Shown here in pieces: positions 11,863-24,549 of a DNA stretch of 64,000 bases (within the stretch, counting starts at the first letter, position 1; every line of letters starts with the position of its first letter). The DNA is taken from contig NIVC01001537.1 of NCBI GenBank assembly GCA_002269645.1, forward strand, positions 1 to 64,000. Direction: 5' to 3'. The stretch is from Macrostomum lignano. Taxonomy: Eukaryota. The position numbers and the translations under genes were made by a program. The notes under the pieces are model-generated. The model was not told the origin of the DNA, made no database searches, and saw nothing but the letters and a program-made list of their open reading frames with translations.

Positions 11863-12118
11863 AAACATAAAAGAGCCACCATTTCAAACATAAAAGAGCC
11901 ACCATGTCAAACATAAAAGAGCCACCATTTCAAACATAAAAGTGCCATCATGTCAAACATAAAAGAGCCACCATTTCAAACATAAAAGTGCCATCATGTT
12001 AAACATGAAGGAGCCACCATTTCAAACATAAAAGTGCCATCATGTCAAACATAAAAGAGCCACCATTTCAAACATAAAAGTGTCATCATGTTAAACATGA
12101 AGGAGCCACCATTTCAAA
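11863..12118. repeat. 23-bp minisatellite with variant alternation
   Basis: Unit aaacataaaagagccaccatttc and variants, about 11 copies, bracketed by gggtttaaactgtgagg at 11843-11859 and 12120-12136. Confidence 0.92.
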
Positions 12119-12663
12119 CGGGTTTAAACTGTGAGGCTGCCTGCCTATTTATGCTGCCGCGCAGCTTATCCGCCTCTTGCTCGCCAAACGCCGCTTTGTT
12201 TGCCTCATTGCCTGATTCTCATGGCTTAATTTGTTATTAAATTAATTTCAAGAATGACAACGATTAATAAAAGTACATCTTGTTCTTTTCTCACTCTTTC
12301 ACTGAAAAGCACTGTCTGCTTTGATATTTTGTTATCCCAAGTTCAACTTGAACCTGTTTCCTAAGCCTGACCGCCCTCAGGCCCATAGACTATTTGCCGC
12401 TTACTGCCGCTCGAGCCGCCCTGTTTTGGAGTTTCGTCTAAAAGTACTTTTATACAGCAATCAACTAATGCACGAAGCTTTAAGCTCAGCAGAATTTCTG
12501 TCTGTGGCTGAAACTCCCATGGCTCTGATGCGAGTACAGGTCGAGATCGAGAGGAGCGGCTTCGCTTCGAGCTGAGTTGCCTGCCAGCCCCAGTTCATCT
12601 GTTGCAGAGCCAACGCTCAGTATAGAAATTCTGCCAACTTTTATCTGCACAGGATCCTTAAAC

Positions 12664-15600
12664 ATGAGGCTAAAAAACGCCAGCACAATCTTCATGACTT
12701 TTCTGGCTGCTTTTTGCATCCAGCTCGATGCGTCAAGCAAACTGCATCTCGCTGATGACGGCTACTATAACGACTTGCTAGTCTTTGTGCAAATACCTGC
12801 AGACGGCAACGTGCAGGAGAAGTACTATGCTCATCTACTTCATGTGCTGCAGGTGAGGCATAATGCGATATACGCTTTAATTGTGTAATATTGAAACTGA
12901 AGTCTGGGAGAATATCCAGTGCTGCTTTGACCTTTCAGACCGCCCTTCGGGAGGCCTCGGACATCTTGGAGAAGCTCACCCATACTGTGGGCCGCCGTCT
13001 CGGCTTCGGCGAGGTCAGCGTGCTGCTGCCGCACAGTCTGGGTGAGAAGCTCGCTGAATTGAACAATTCAAGGCTTCAGCTGTACCCGGCGACGTGGCAG
13101 CAGCCAGAGAACGCGGATTTCGTTGTCTCTCCAGACATCAAGGAGTCTGATGAGGGTGTCTTGAATAAAAGCATCTGTGGAGTTCAAGCAAAAATTGTAA
13201 AACTCTCGACCAAGAGCCTCGAGGCCAGCATCGTCTACAGACGTAAGAATTCTGTTGATACTTGATTAGTTAATTTTCTTGATGCTTGTCATTGAGCAGC
13301 TAGTCATTATTTTCTCCTTGAAATATTTGCATGTCAAGACAAAATATTAAGCAAATATGCGCTTATGCTACTGGACAGAGAGCAGAAAGTCAAATTAGCA
13401 CATAAAGATTGTGCAGAGTGAATCATCGAGTGTATTTAATAATGAAACTGCTCCGTAAGCAAGGATAGTCTAGTGTTCTTTCTTATCAAGCAAAATAGCA
13501 GCATACGGTATTCAAACATCTGCTACTATAGAAAACGATCAGTTCTCTATCAGTTCTCCATACAACTAAAAACATAATACTTTGCAACTTCTTCATTAGA
13601 ACTTCTAAAATTTGATAGAAAATTTAGGCTGGATTTTATGCGCATTCAGGCTGGCATCAATTGATCTAGTAGCTCTTGATTTAAAAATCAATCACGTTGA
13701 AAAAGTCCAAAAACTTAAAGAAGCCACAACTCTTCCCCATTGCTGCCACGGCTTCACTCCAATCCGCACATCCCACAGCGGTGGCCAGGACTATGGCGCT
13801 GTACTTTTCGCAGTTCCGCTGGGGCCTGTTCAGCGAAGCCCCACTGGGTGACCCGATACAGAAGAACAAGGATCCTTTTAACAGAGTTCTTCCCAGGCTC
13901 GCTTCCTGCAACCCGGACCTGCAGGTGAAGGCGGAAGTGGCCAGCGGCAATCAAACCGGACGCAGCTGCAAATTCGGCGAACCCAACTGCAAAATCGTGG
14001 TGACCGAGCCTGCGTACTCCAACGTTGCCTCGTTCCTGTTCGCGCCCTACAGCGCCGGAGTGACCCGCTTCTGCGATGCGGACTTTAAGGTCTCCGACCC
14101 CAGGCACAGGCACAACAAGGATGCCGAAAATTTACACAACAAGTATTGCCATCGACGCAGCGCTGCGGAGGTAATCAGAGACCACGAGGATTTTCTGCGG
14201 CCTATCAACTCTGCTACTACAATGAACTCGAATTTCAATGTTCGTCTGGTGGTTGAACCCAAGAGACGCCGCGTTGTGATCGTCATGGATATCTCCGGTA
14301 GCATGGATACGGTGAGAAGCCGCTTGCTTTGTCTCAGTTGCATCACTTCTTTGCCTCAATTCCATGCTGTGCTCGTTGCAACTTTGGAACCTTTCTCAAC
14401 ATTTTTGTGATCAAGAGGAATATTTTTTCAATAAGCCTTGCGCAATAGAGATGGCTCGATTAATTATTTATTGATTGATTCATTCTTACTCATTTGGATT
14501 CATTCAGGACAACCGATTGAAAAGTTTGATTGGTGCAGTGAACCATTACATTGCCTACACTCTGGAGACCGGGTCAGAGTGCGCCCTGATCAGCTTTGAT
14601 CACAATGCCACTGTGCTGCAAAATTTTATACTCGTTGACTCACCGGCTGTTCGACGTCAGCTGATGCAATCCGTCTCGAATCTGACTACAAAAGGATGGA
14701 CCTGCATTGGTAAAGCTGTTCAAGAGGCAATGAAGGTCAGTGATTTGGTCATTTAACAGATTTACGCACAGTCAGATTCTTAGACAAGCCATAGTTCAGG
14801 CGAGGTACCACTGACTGAATCCCCTACTCCTCAATCAAATAACCCAGCTGCTAGGTGAGGACCCAACAAGTCCAACCAATCGATCGAGTGGTCAGATACT
14901 TTTGGTCTCAGATGGTGAGGAAAATAAAGAATGCAGCATCGATCTGGACGCTACCATCGATGCTATAGCGAAAACAAGCCTCAGAGCTCACACCATCCGG
15001 TTCGGTGACCTGGCGGATACGCGGATGTCCATTCTTTCCGAACGCACCAATGGTCATGCGCAATTGAGTCCGGTCGTCAGCGACCTCGCAGCGTCCAAAC
15101 TAATACTGCAGATGACTTCACTCCAATCTGATCTCGCTGGCGTGAACAGTATCGTTGTTGTGAGTTAGGGTGAATTATCTTATTAAGCTTGCTCAACATG
15201 CTTTTACTACTTTCGGCTTTGAACTCTCCTTTTGATCTACATTTAGCTTGGCCTACCAACAACTTTCAATTGATCCTTGGCACCTCGGCAACCCCTCGCT
15301 TCTCCATGAGCCACAGTATTTCAGCTATCCAGCTTAACCCTAACTCTAACCTTTACAAGGTTCTTTAGGCATCTTCTATGTTTGACATGATGCATCTTTT
15401 ATACTCTATTAATTTATATAGAAAAAAATGATACATAGGAGAGAGATTAGGGCGAGAAAATTCCGATTTCTCTTCCATCTTAGTTTGACTCCGTACGAAC
15501 TGTTCCCTGTTCCCACAGCTGGATTCGAGGCAAGTTCCCTCTGACCTGCGGTATCCGGTGGAATTCGACATCGGTCCTCGCAGCAACCTCGTCTTCTCGC

Positions 15601-17268
15601 TGTTTCTGCCAAGCGATCCCGCCAAGGTTGGCTCTCTGCGCCTCATGCTTCGGTCGCCGAGCGGTAGGACTTTTAATTGCTCTGGTGGCAGCAGCACCGT
15701 TTGCACAGTCGATGTTGCAGTCGGATCCGTGACAATGCAAATTCCTGATGCTGAGGTTGAGGTGAGTTGAGTCAATTTACATGTTACCTTCTTAACATAA
15801 AAAAGAGACAGTTAGTTGTCAGTGTTTAAGAACCGCCAACTTTAGGGCTCTAAAACAATTGTAATTGGCTCGCCTCAAACCCGCCACTCCTACAGAGCGG
15901 AAAGTGGACGCTGGCGAATCTCGCAGTCGGTCTTGCACGCCGGATTCGCAGACAGGCGACCTCAAAGCTTACTATAGTTATCACAGGAAAACCAATTGTC
16001 TGGCTTCCTAAAGATTCTATCATTGAAGTGTCACCAAAAAAAGTAAAAATGGTCAAGTATGATACTTCAATCAGTGTCGACGTGTATCTGTTACCAAAAT
16101 CCCAAATTCAACACAAGTATCGCATGTACGCAGTTGTCGAAGCAGGCAACACGGAAGTGGCTCGATTTGATATTTTCGAACAACATGGCAGTGAGTAAAG
16201 ACTAAACATTTAGTAGCTGTATTAAAACTTTTTGTTTTAAACAACGATTTGAAACTCATTTTACTCACATTTTCTTCGTACAGATGAAGGAGTATACACC
16301 GCCCAGATACCACTTAATGCAGTGCATAAAGCTCGTCAATACGCTGTCACTGTGTTTGTCACGCACCCATCTCGAATGCAATTGTCTGCCGGCACTTTGA
16401 CTGTTCAGGAGGAGGACCCCAACTTTGACAAACATCGTGTAGTGCCTGAAAAAATCACAGGCACCTATATAAGTAGAAGAGAATATGCAAGCAAAATAAT
16501 TGAGATCAAATGGAATCCAGTTGAAGATCCGTCTGGTCTACTCCCGCCTAAAGCAGGTAGGTGTACCGCTCTGCTGATTGTTAAAATACAAGCTGAAGTA
16601 TGAATTTGTACAAGAAAATTTCAAGCCACTGATGCCTATGAACATTCAAATTACCTTGAACAGAAGTGCCTGTCTACAGTCTTCGTTACGAAGAATCAGG
16701 AGACAACTGCACCGATGTAAACAGCTATTACTCCTGTCCGGAACTGGCTGTCACCAACCAATCTTCGGTGAACATCTACAGCCAGTATATGGCTCTCAAT
16801 GAGCCTCCAATGTGGATAGCAGTGATTGCCATTTCCGCTGCAAACGTGCCCAGTTTGTCTAGAAGTTTATTGTACATTCAAGATAAGAAGCCCTTGGCCG
16901 CTGAAGACGAAAAGCGTTTAGGCCTACTCCCTTCCACTGTGACCAAGTCCAGCCAACGTACTAAGACTAGCATGCCATGGTATGGAGGCCACGGCACTAA
17001 GGCCAGCATGTCAGCAGCTCGCAGCAGCACTATGACCATGTTATCTAGGCCGTACAAGTTCCCCCATCTCCACCTAAATGCGCCGAAAATTTTTTCGAAC
17101 GACTCGAACAAGGCGAAGTCAACGACCAAGTTCACGGCTAATTCCATGGCCAATTCCACGACCAAGTCGTCGGCTCAACTAAATGTGGATCTGGCGTGGC
17201 TCAATGCTGGAACCGTCTGCTCTCTGGCTGTCCTCACGGTATCCGCACAGCAGTGGCTGATTCAATGA
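12664..17268 (+). CDS. CLCA-like (calcium-activated chloride channel regulator family) protein, 9 exons, about 993 aa, copy 1
   Basis: Exons 12664-12852, 12939-13242, 13779-14311, 14508-14735, 14848-15159, 15519-15761, 15896-16190, 16284-16556 and 16664-17268 have GT-AG ends and compatible phases (2982 nt in total). Signal peptide; L.DDGY, EASDIL, RWGLFSE, HNKDAENLHNKYC..RS; vWA with VMDISGS, TCIG, LVSDGE; S/T-rich stalk and hydrophobic C-terminus. Confidence 0.9.
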
Positions 17269-18439
17269 GCTCGCAGTTCAGTCAGCAGCGACATAGGAGA
17301 TGCCTTGTTGGCTCTGAGCTAATTAAAACTCACTCACTGAATAGACTCCTCATTTCATATTGACAAGTAGCCTTGGCTTCGTTCTACAGAAAATGCTATT
17401 TCCGTTCCTCTACTCGGATTCTTCAGAGACCGACGCAAGTTATTAGAGTAAGAAGTACCAATAGGAAGTAGCTAAGCTGTATTCCAATTGCTATACACTG
17501 TGATTTACGATTATCTGTACTGCAATCAAACCAAATTAGTATTCTCAAGCCTGACCCATATCGTTCATTCAGTGTATCCAATCCGCTCATTATTTGTCAT
17601 AATTTCTAAGCCAACCCAGTCAGTGTACTTAATTGCTTTGATATCGCAAATCCAATTGCTGTCAAATTATTCTATTCTTGGATCATCAAACCTGTAAATT
17701 ATTAGCTTGGACGCCAGCATTATCTGTTTTTGTACTGGCTTCGGTGTACGAGCCAAATTCTCCAAAATGTGAGTAGAGGTAGCGATAGTTTCAGTGGTAT
17801 TTTTATTTTGAATCAAGTTATTTTAATCGGGCAAAAGTGACCGGAAAATTCTCATCAACTCCGTTTTTGATGTAAAATTTAAAGCTGCGATATTGACATG
17901 ACTAATAACAATAGCTAAATATTTCAGTATGAATTTGCGCATGATTCGCAAGCGCTCAGAAAAATAAAATTACAAATACACTGTGCAGAAAATACAAAAA
18001 ATAAGCTGATCCATTTGTTTCAAACGCATTAAAACAATTGGCTTTTTAATTGTTCTTATAATGTCTGTTTGTGACCTGAAAGTAACGTACTTTACTCGGG
18101 GAAATCGGTGGTTGACAGTCGTGGCTTTTCCTTAACTATGCTATTGCTTGTACTCTAGAATAGTTGTGAGCTGAGAATAGTTGTGAATAGTTGTGAATAC
18201 TTAATGAGTTGGCTGGTGAGTTGGTGCTGTGAGACCTTGGATTTTTCGCTGAATCTTCGTCACTTAGTCCCTCCTGCATCATCAAATATAACTCTGTGCA
18301 CTTCGGTTTTGTGTGGTCTGCAAGTTTGGCACATAAAGTTCGTGAAATCTGAAGCAAACCAGTGTAAGATATGAGGCTGTCAGATATCAGCGCTGCCATG
18401 CTTCGCCGCATTTATGCTATAATTGTCAGGGACAGTGAT

Positions 18440-19040
18440 AACGCGGAAAGAAGACCACCGCGGGATCTCGCTGATGTCCTGCTCCGCGAAGCTCTTCAAC
18501 CGGCTGCTGCTCGATCGTCTGCAGTCGGTGCTAGACCCGTACCTGCGGTACGAGCAGAACGGATTCCGGCCGTAACGCGGTACAGTGACACAGATCCTCG
18601 CACTCTGCCGTGTCATCGAGGAGGCGCGCATCCGCCAGTCTACGCTGATCATAATCTTCGTTGACTTTCGAAAGGCGTTTGACTCGGTGTTGAGAGCCGC
18701 GCTTCCCTTTGTCCTTCGAGCCTACCGGGTGCCCCAGCAGCTAATCGACGCTGTCATGGCGCTGTATTGCGATACTCGAGCTGTTATGGTGACGGCGAGT
18801 GGCCTGTCTGACCTGTTCGACACTTCATCAGGAGTTCTGCAGGGCGACACGCTAGCGCCGTTCCTCTTCGTGCTGCTGCTGAACTGGGTGCTTTAGACCG
18901 CACTCACCTCGGCTAATGACGGCTTCCTGCTGCGCAGACGCCACGACGAAAAGCGCCTAAGCGTGCTTGGCTACGCCGACGACCTCGCCCTCCTGTCCTC
19001 GTCCGTTGAAGGCGCCCAGCACCAGATCGACAGGCTGGTC
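18440..19040 (+). pseudogene. RTE-type LINE reverse transcriptase fragment
   Basis: HRGISLMSCSAKLFNRLLL..QNGFRP*, IFVDFRKAFDSV, GVLQGDTLAPFLF, LGYADD; two in-frame stops; truncated at both ends. Confidence 0.92.
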
Positions 19041-19227
19041 GGTCGGCCATGAATAAAAGAACTGAAGCGGAAAAGTATGAGCAGCTAACATTTTTTTCTT
19101 CAAATATTTTCATGTCGAGACAAAACAATTAAGAAACTTGATTGAGTTAAAAAAGTCCCTCAACTTTAACAAGCCACGCTTTTCCCCATTGCTGCCACGG
19201 CTCCACCCTGATCCGCACATCCCACAG

Positions 19228-22200
19228 CGGTGGCCAGGACTATGGCTCTGTACTTTTCGCAGTTCCGCTGGGGCCTGTTCAGCGAAGACCCATTGAGTAA
19301 CCCGATACAGAAGAGCAAGGATTCGTATAACAGAGTTCTTCCCAGGCTCTCTTCCTGCAACCCGGACCTGCAGGTGAAGCTGGAAGTGGCCAGCGGCAAT
19401 CAAACCGGACGCAGCTGCAAATTCGGCGAACCCAACTGCAAAATCGTGGTGACCGAGCCTGCGTACTCCAACGTTGCCTCGTTCCTGTTCGAGCCCTACA
19501 GCGCCGGAGTGACCCGCTTCTGCGATGCGGACTTTAAGGTCTCCGACCCCAGGCACAGGCACAACAAGGATGCCGACAACTTACTCAACAAATTTTGCAA
19601 TGCACGCAGCGCTGCGGAGGTCATCAGAGACCACGAGGATTTTCTACGGCCTATCAGCTCTGCTACTATAGTGAACTCAAAGTTCAACTTTCGTCTAGTG
19701 GTTGAACCCAAAAGAGACCGTGTTGTGATCGTCATGGATACATCGAGTAGCATGCGTTCGGTGAGAAGCCGCTTGGTTTGTCTCAGTTGCATCACTTCCT
19801 TTCCATGCTCTGCTCTTTGTAACTTTGTAACCTTTTCAAATTTTTGGGATCAAGTGGAAGAGTTTTTTCATAATGACATGCTCAAAAGAGGTGACTATAT
19901 TTATTCAATTAAAAAGTCAATTTCAAAAGTACACAAAGATTACTATCCACCAATAACTCATTCTAACTCATTTTGGACCCATTCAGGACAACCGAATGCA
20001 AAATTTGATTAATGCAGTGAACAATTACATTGCCTTCACTCTGAAGACCGGGTCAGAGTGCGCCCTGATCAGCTTTACTAGCGGACCCACTGTGCTGCAA
20101 AATTTCATCCTGGTTGACTCACCGGCTGTTCGACGTCAGCTGATGCAATCCGTCTCGAAACTGACTGCCGGAGGAAGCACCTGCATCGGTGGAGCTGTTC
20201 AAGAGGCTATGAAGGTCAGTGATTTGGTCATTTAACAGATTTACGCACAGTCAGATTCTTAGTCAAGCCATAGTCCAGGTCAGGTACCACTGATTGAATC
20301 CCCTACTTCTCAATCAAATCACCCAGCTGCTAGGTGAGAACGTAACAAGTCCAACTCATCGATCGAGTGGTCAGATACTTTTGGTCTCAGATGGTCAGGA
20401 AGGCTGCAGCAGCAAGCTGAACTCTACCATCGATGCGATATCGAAAACGAGCCTCAGAGTCGACACCATTCGGTTCGGTGACAGTGCGGACATGCGGATG
20501 TCGCTTCTTGCCGACGTCACGGACGGTCGCAAGCTATATAGTCCGGTCGACAGCAAGCTTGCAGCGTCCAAACTAATACTGGAGTTCACCTCACTACAGT
20601 CTGGTCTCGCTGGCGTGAACAAGACCGTCGTCGTGAGTTGGGGTGAATTCTATTGTGAAGCTTGCTCGACAAAAATTTATTACTTTTCGCTTCTTTCACC
20701 ATCTATTATTGTATTCATCGACAACAGCCAAATTCTTTTTGTCTGAGTAAGGGTTTAAGTCTGCTGTTGACCGTGGGATAAAATTCTCAGGGGGCCGTGA
20801 AAGCCAAAACGTAGTAATGCATTATGTTACTTAATTATTGAAGCAAATAAAGTGTCTTCTTAACACTAGCAATAAGCAGCCTTTCACTTTTTACAGTCGC
20901 TATTGTTATTATCCCAACGTAAATGATGTTTTAACGTAACGTAAAAACTCTGAAAGCCAGCTATTATATCAGGCTAAGATATCAGGACCCTCTTTGAGCT
21001 TTAGCTCTCATTTTGATCTACCTTTATTTTGCTTACCAAGTATCGGTCGAAATTAAAAATGAAAGTTTAAATTTTAAATTGATAAGTAAAATAAAGGAGA
21101 GAGGATGCAAAAGATGGAAAATACGCGAGGGAGAGATGGAGGAGAGATGATATAGAGATAGGGGAGAAATGGGTGAGATTAGAGCTCCAATGAGATCCTG
21201 CAGCATTATGAAAATATGCTCAACGGGATTCTTCTGAAATCAGTCACATAACCTACTTAAGCGACAAACTATTTTTAGTGTTGTGTCTAGTTAAGTTACT
21301 AAATAAATCAAATGCGCTTAGGTAGTGCACTGGTTGCATTCCGATTGTCTTCCATCTTAGTTTGACTCCGTACGAACTGTTCCTTGTTCCCACAGCTGGA
21401 TTCGAGGCAAGTTCCCTCTGACCTGCGGTATCCGGTGGAATTCGACGTCAGTACTCGCAGCAACCTCGTCTTCTCGCTGTTTCTGCCAAGCGATCCCGCC
21501 AAGGTTGGCTCTCTGCGCCTCATGTTTCGGTCGCCGAGCGGTAGGACTTTCAATTGCTCTGGAGGCAGCAGTGCCGTTTGTACAGTTGATGTTGCAGTCG
21601 GATCCGTGACAATGCAAATTCCTGACGCAGAGGTAGAGGTCAGTTGAGCCAATTTACGTGCCAAAGCAAAAAGCCAATATTTTAACAGCTACTGTAACAG
21701 TGTGTTACTAAATTCTAAATATGCTCTTTCAGGAGCAAAAAATTCGAAATGGGGGGTATAGTTTAGGCAGTTAATTACGAGTACTAAGAACCGTCAACTT
21801 TAAGGATTCCCAAACAATAGTAACCCGCCACTCCAACAGAGCGGAAAGTGGACGCTAACGAATCTCGCAGTCGGTCTCGCACGCCGGATTCGCAGACAGG
21901 CGGCCTCAACAATGACTATAGTTATCACAGGAAGACAATTTGCCTTACTGCCCAGAGATACTACGTGTAGGGTGAAGCCAAATAATGTGACAATGGTCAA
22001 GTATGATACTCGAATCGGTGTCTTCGTGAACCTGTTACCAAGATCCCAGATTCAACACAAGTATCAAATGTACGCAGTTGTCACAGCAAGCAACAAGGAA
22101 GTGGCTCGATTTAATCTATCTGAACAATATTACAGTAAGTGAAGACTAAAAATTCAGTAGCAGCTTTACAAAAACTATTGTTGTTAAACAGCGATTTAAA

Positions 22201-23283
22201 AGGCATATTGCTCATACTTCATTTGTACAGATAGAGGAGCATACAGTGCCATGGTACCACTCTATGCAGTACAGAAAGCTCGTCAATACGCTGTCGATGT
22301 GTTTATCACGTTCCCGTTCCAAATGCAATTGTCTGGCGGCACCTTGACTGTTCAGGCGGAAGACCCCAACTTTGACAGACGTCGTATTGTTCCTAAGCCA
22401 AGCATGGCGATCTATATAAGCAGAAAAGATTATGCGAGTAAAATAATTGAGATCAAATGGAATCCAGTTAAAGATCCGTCTGGTCTACTCCCGCCTAAAG
22501 CAGGTAGGTGTAACGCTTGAAGCAGCTCTGCTAAAGTACAAGCTGAAATGTGAATTTTATTGAAAAATATTTTTTCATAAAACCAAAACACATTTTGGCA
22601 TCTGGTTCAAAGAGCAAACAGTGCCCCAAATACGAGTATTTGTTGCACAGCTGTCATGCACATTTCACTCTTTTTAACGCTCATGTTCATCCGAATTGAC
22701 TCCAACAGATGTGCCTGTCTACAGTCTTCGCTACAGAGAAACAGGTGGAAACTGCACCGCTGTAAACGGATATTACTCCTGTCCGGAACTGGCTGTCACC
22801 AACCAATCTTCGTTGAACATCTACAATCAGTATATGGCTCTCAATGAACCTCCGATGTTTATAAAAGTGATTGCCATATCCGCTGCAAACGTGTCCAGTG
22901 TGTCTATCGATAGATTGTACATTCAAGATGAGAAGCCCTTGGCCGCTGAAGACGAAAAGCGATTAGGCCTACTCCCTTCCACTATGGCCAGAACATTGAC
23001 CAGCGTGACAAACCATAAGTTCAGTATGCCCATACGCAATGTACATATTGTACATCATACGCAGACCACCAAACAATTGACTTCGCACGTCCACCGGACC
23101 GTGGCGCAAACTTTGGCAAATGACCCGAACAAGACCAATTCCACGGCCAAGTCGTCGTCACGAAACTCGACGCAGACGAAATCGTCGGCTCAACTAAAGA
23201 TGGATCTGGCGTGGCTCAGTGCTGGAGCCGTCTGCTCTCTGGCTGTCCTCACGGTATCTGCACAGCAGTGGCTGATCCAGTGA
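19228..23283 (+). pseudogene. CLCA-like tandem copy 2, lacking exons 1-2
   Basis: Exons 3-9 are collinear with copy 1 (starts at 19228, 19987, about 20327, about 21396, 21840, about 22231, 22709; stop at 23283). Homology to copy 1 begins inside intron 2 (about 19075), directly after the RTE fragment. The 3' flank 23284-24075 matches 17270-18130. Confidence 0.82.
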
Positions 23284-24284
23284 GCTCGCAGTTCAATCAC
23301 CAGCGATCTTGGAGATCTGGGCTTGGAAACTCGCTAAATAAACACTCCTTCTCATTTAATTTTGGCAAGTAGCCTTGAATTTGTTTTCTAGAAAATGCTC
23401 TTTCCGTTCCTCTGCTCGGATTTTTTAGTCAGAACTATCAACAATAAGTAGCTAAGCTGTATCCCGCCCCTGTTTAACCTGTGATTTACGATTATCTGTA
23501 CTGCAATCAAACCAAATTAGTATTCTCAAGCCTGACCCACCATTCGCTCAATGCATTCAATCCGCTCACAATTAATCTAAATTTCTAAGCCAGCCCAGTC
23601 AGTGTACGAGTATTAAATTGCTTTGATATCGCAAGTCCAATTACTGTCGAATTGTTATTTCTCATATCCTAAAACTCGAATTAATAGCGTGGACGCCATC
23701 ATTATCTGTTTTTGCACTGGCTTCAGTGTATGAGCCGAATTCTCCAAAATGTGAGTAGATAGAGTGACAGTATTCAATGGTATTTTTGTTTCTAATCAAA
23801 TAGTTTTAATCAGACAAAAGAAACCTGCTAATTCTCACCAACTCTGTTTAGATGTAAAATTTATAACTGCGATATTGGCATGACTAATGATTATAGCTAA
23901 ATATTTCAGTATCAATTTGAGCATGATGCGCAAGCGCTCAGAATAATAAAATTACAAATACACTGTGCAGAAAATACTAGAAATCAGCTGATCGGCTTTT
24001 GTTTGTGCAATGCCTGTCTGTGATTTTAAGGTACTTTCTAATGAAATCGGTGATTAAAAGTCTTGACTTTTCCGTACCTTATGCTTAAGCTCGTAAATAG
24101 TGTGAATAAATAAATAACTTTAGCTTCTGCCTTGTTGTATTAGCTACTATGTAGTTCGTACTAAAAATAAAATAGTTACTTTCACGACTCAGGCCTCGTA
24201 ATTCGGCACCCGTGTTCTCCCAAGCGCTGAGGCTGGGGGCTTTCGGCACACGGCGGCTTAGTCAGCCGCTCGGGCAGTTCAATA

Positions 24285-24549
24285 GGGATTTCTGAGACAG
24301 ACTGACTCAATGGGATTTCTGAGACAGACTGACTCTCAATGGGGATTCTGAGACAGACTGACTCTCAATGGAGATTTTTGAGACAGACTGACTCTCAATG
24401 GGGATTTCTGAGACAGACTGACTCTCAATGGGGATTTCTGAGACAGACTGACTCTCAATGGGGATTTCTGAGACAGACTGACTCTCAATGGGGATTTCTG
24501 AGACAGACTGTCTCTCAATGGGGATTTCTGAGACAGGCTGACTCTCAAT
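24285..24549. repeat. 30-bp minisatellite, about 9 copies
   Basis: Unit ctgagacagactgactctcaatggggattt. Confidence 0.95.

Noticed and set aside
24185-24280. GC-rich hairpin-forming segment as a possible hammerhead or HDV-like ribozyme
   Set aside because: The minus strand has CTGACTA...GAAA, but the conserved G of CUGANGA is missing and stem II is poor. The HDV L3 and J4/2 motifs could not be placed. An Infernal/Rfam search would settle it.
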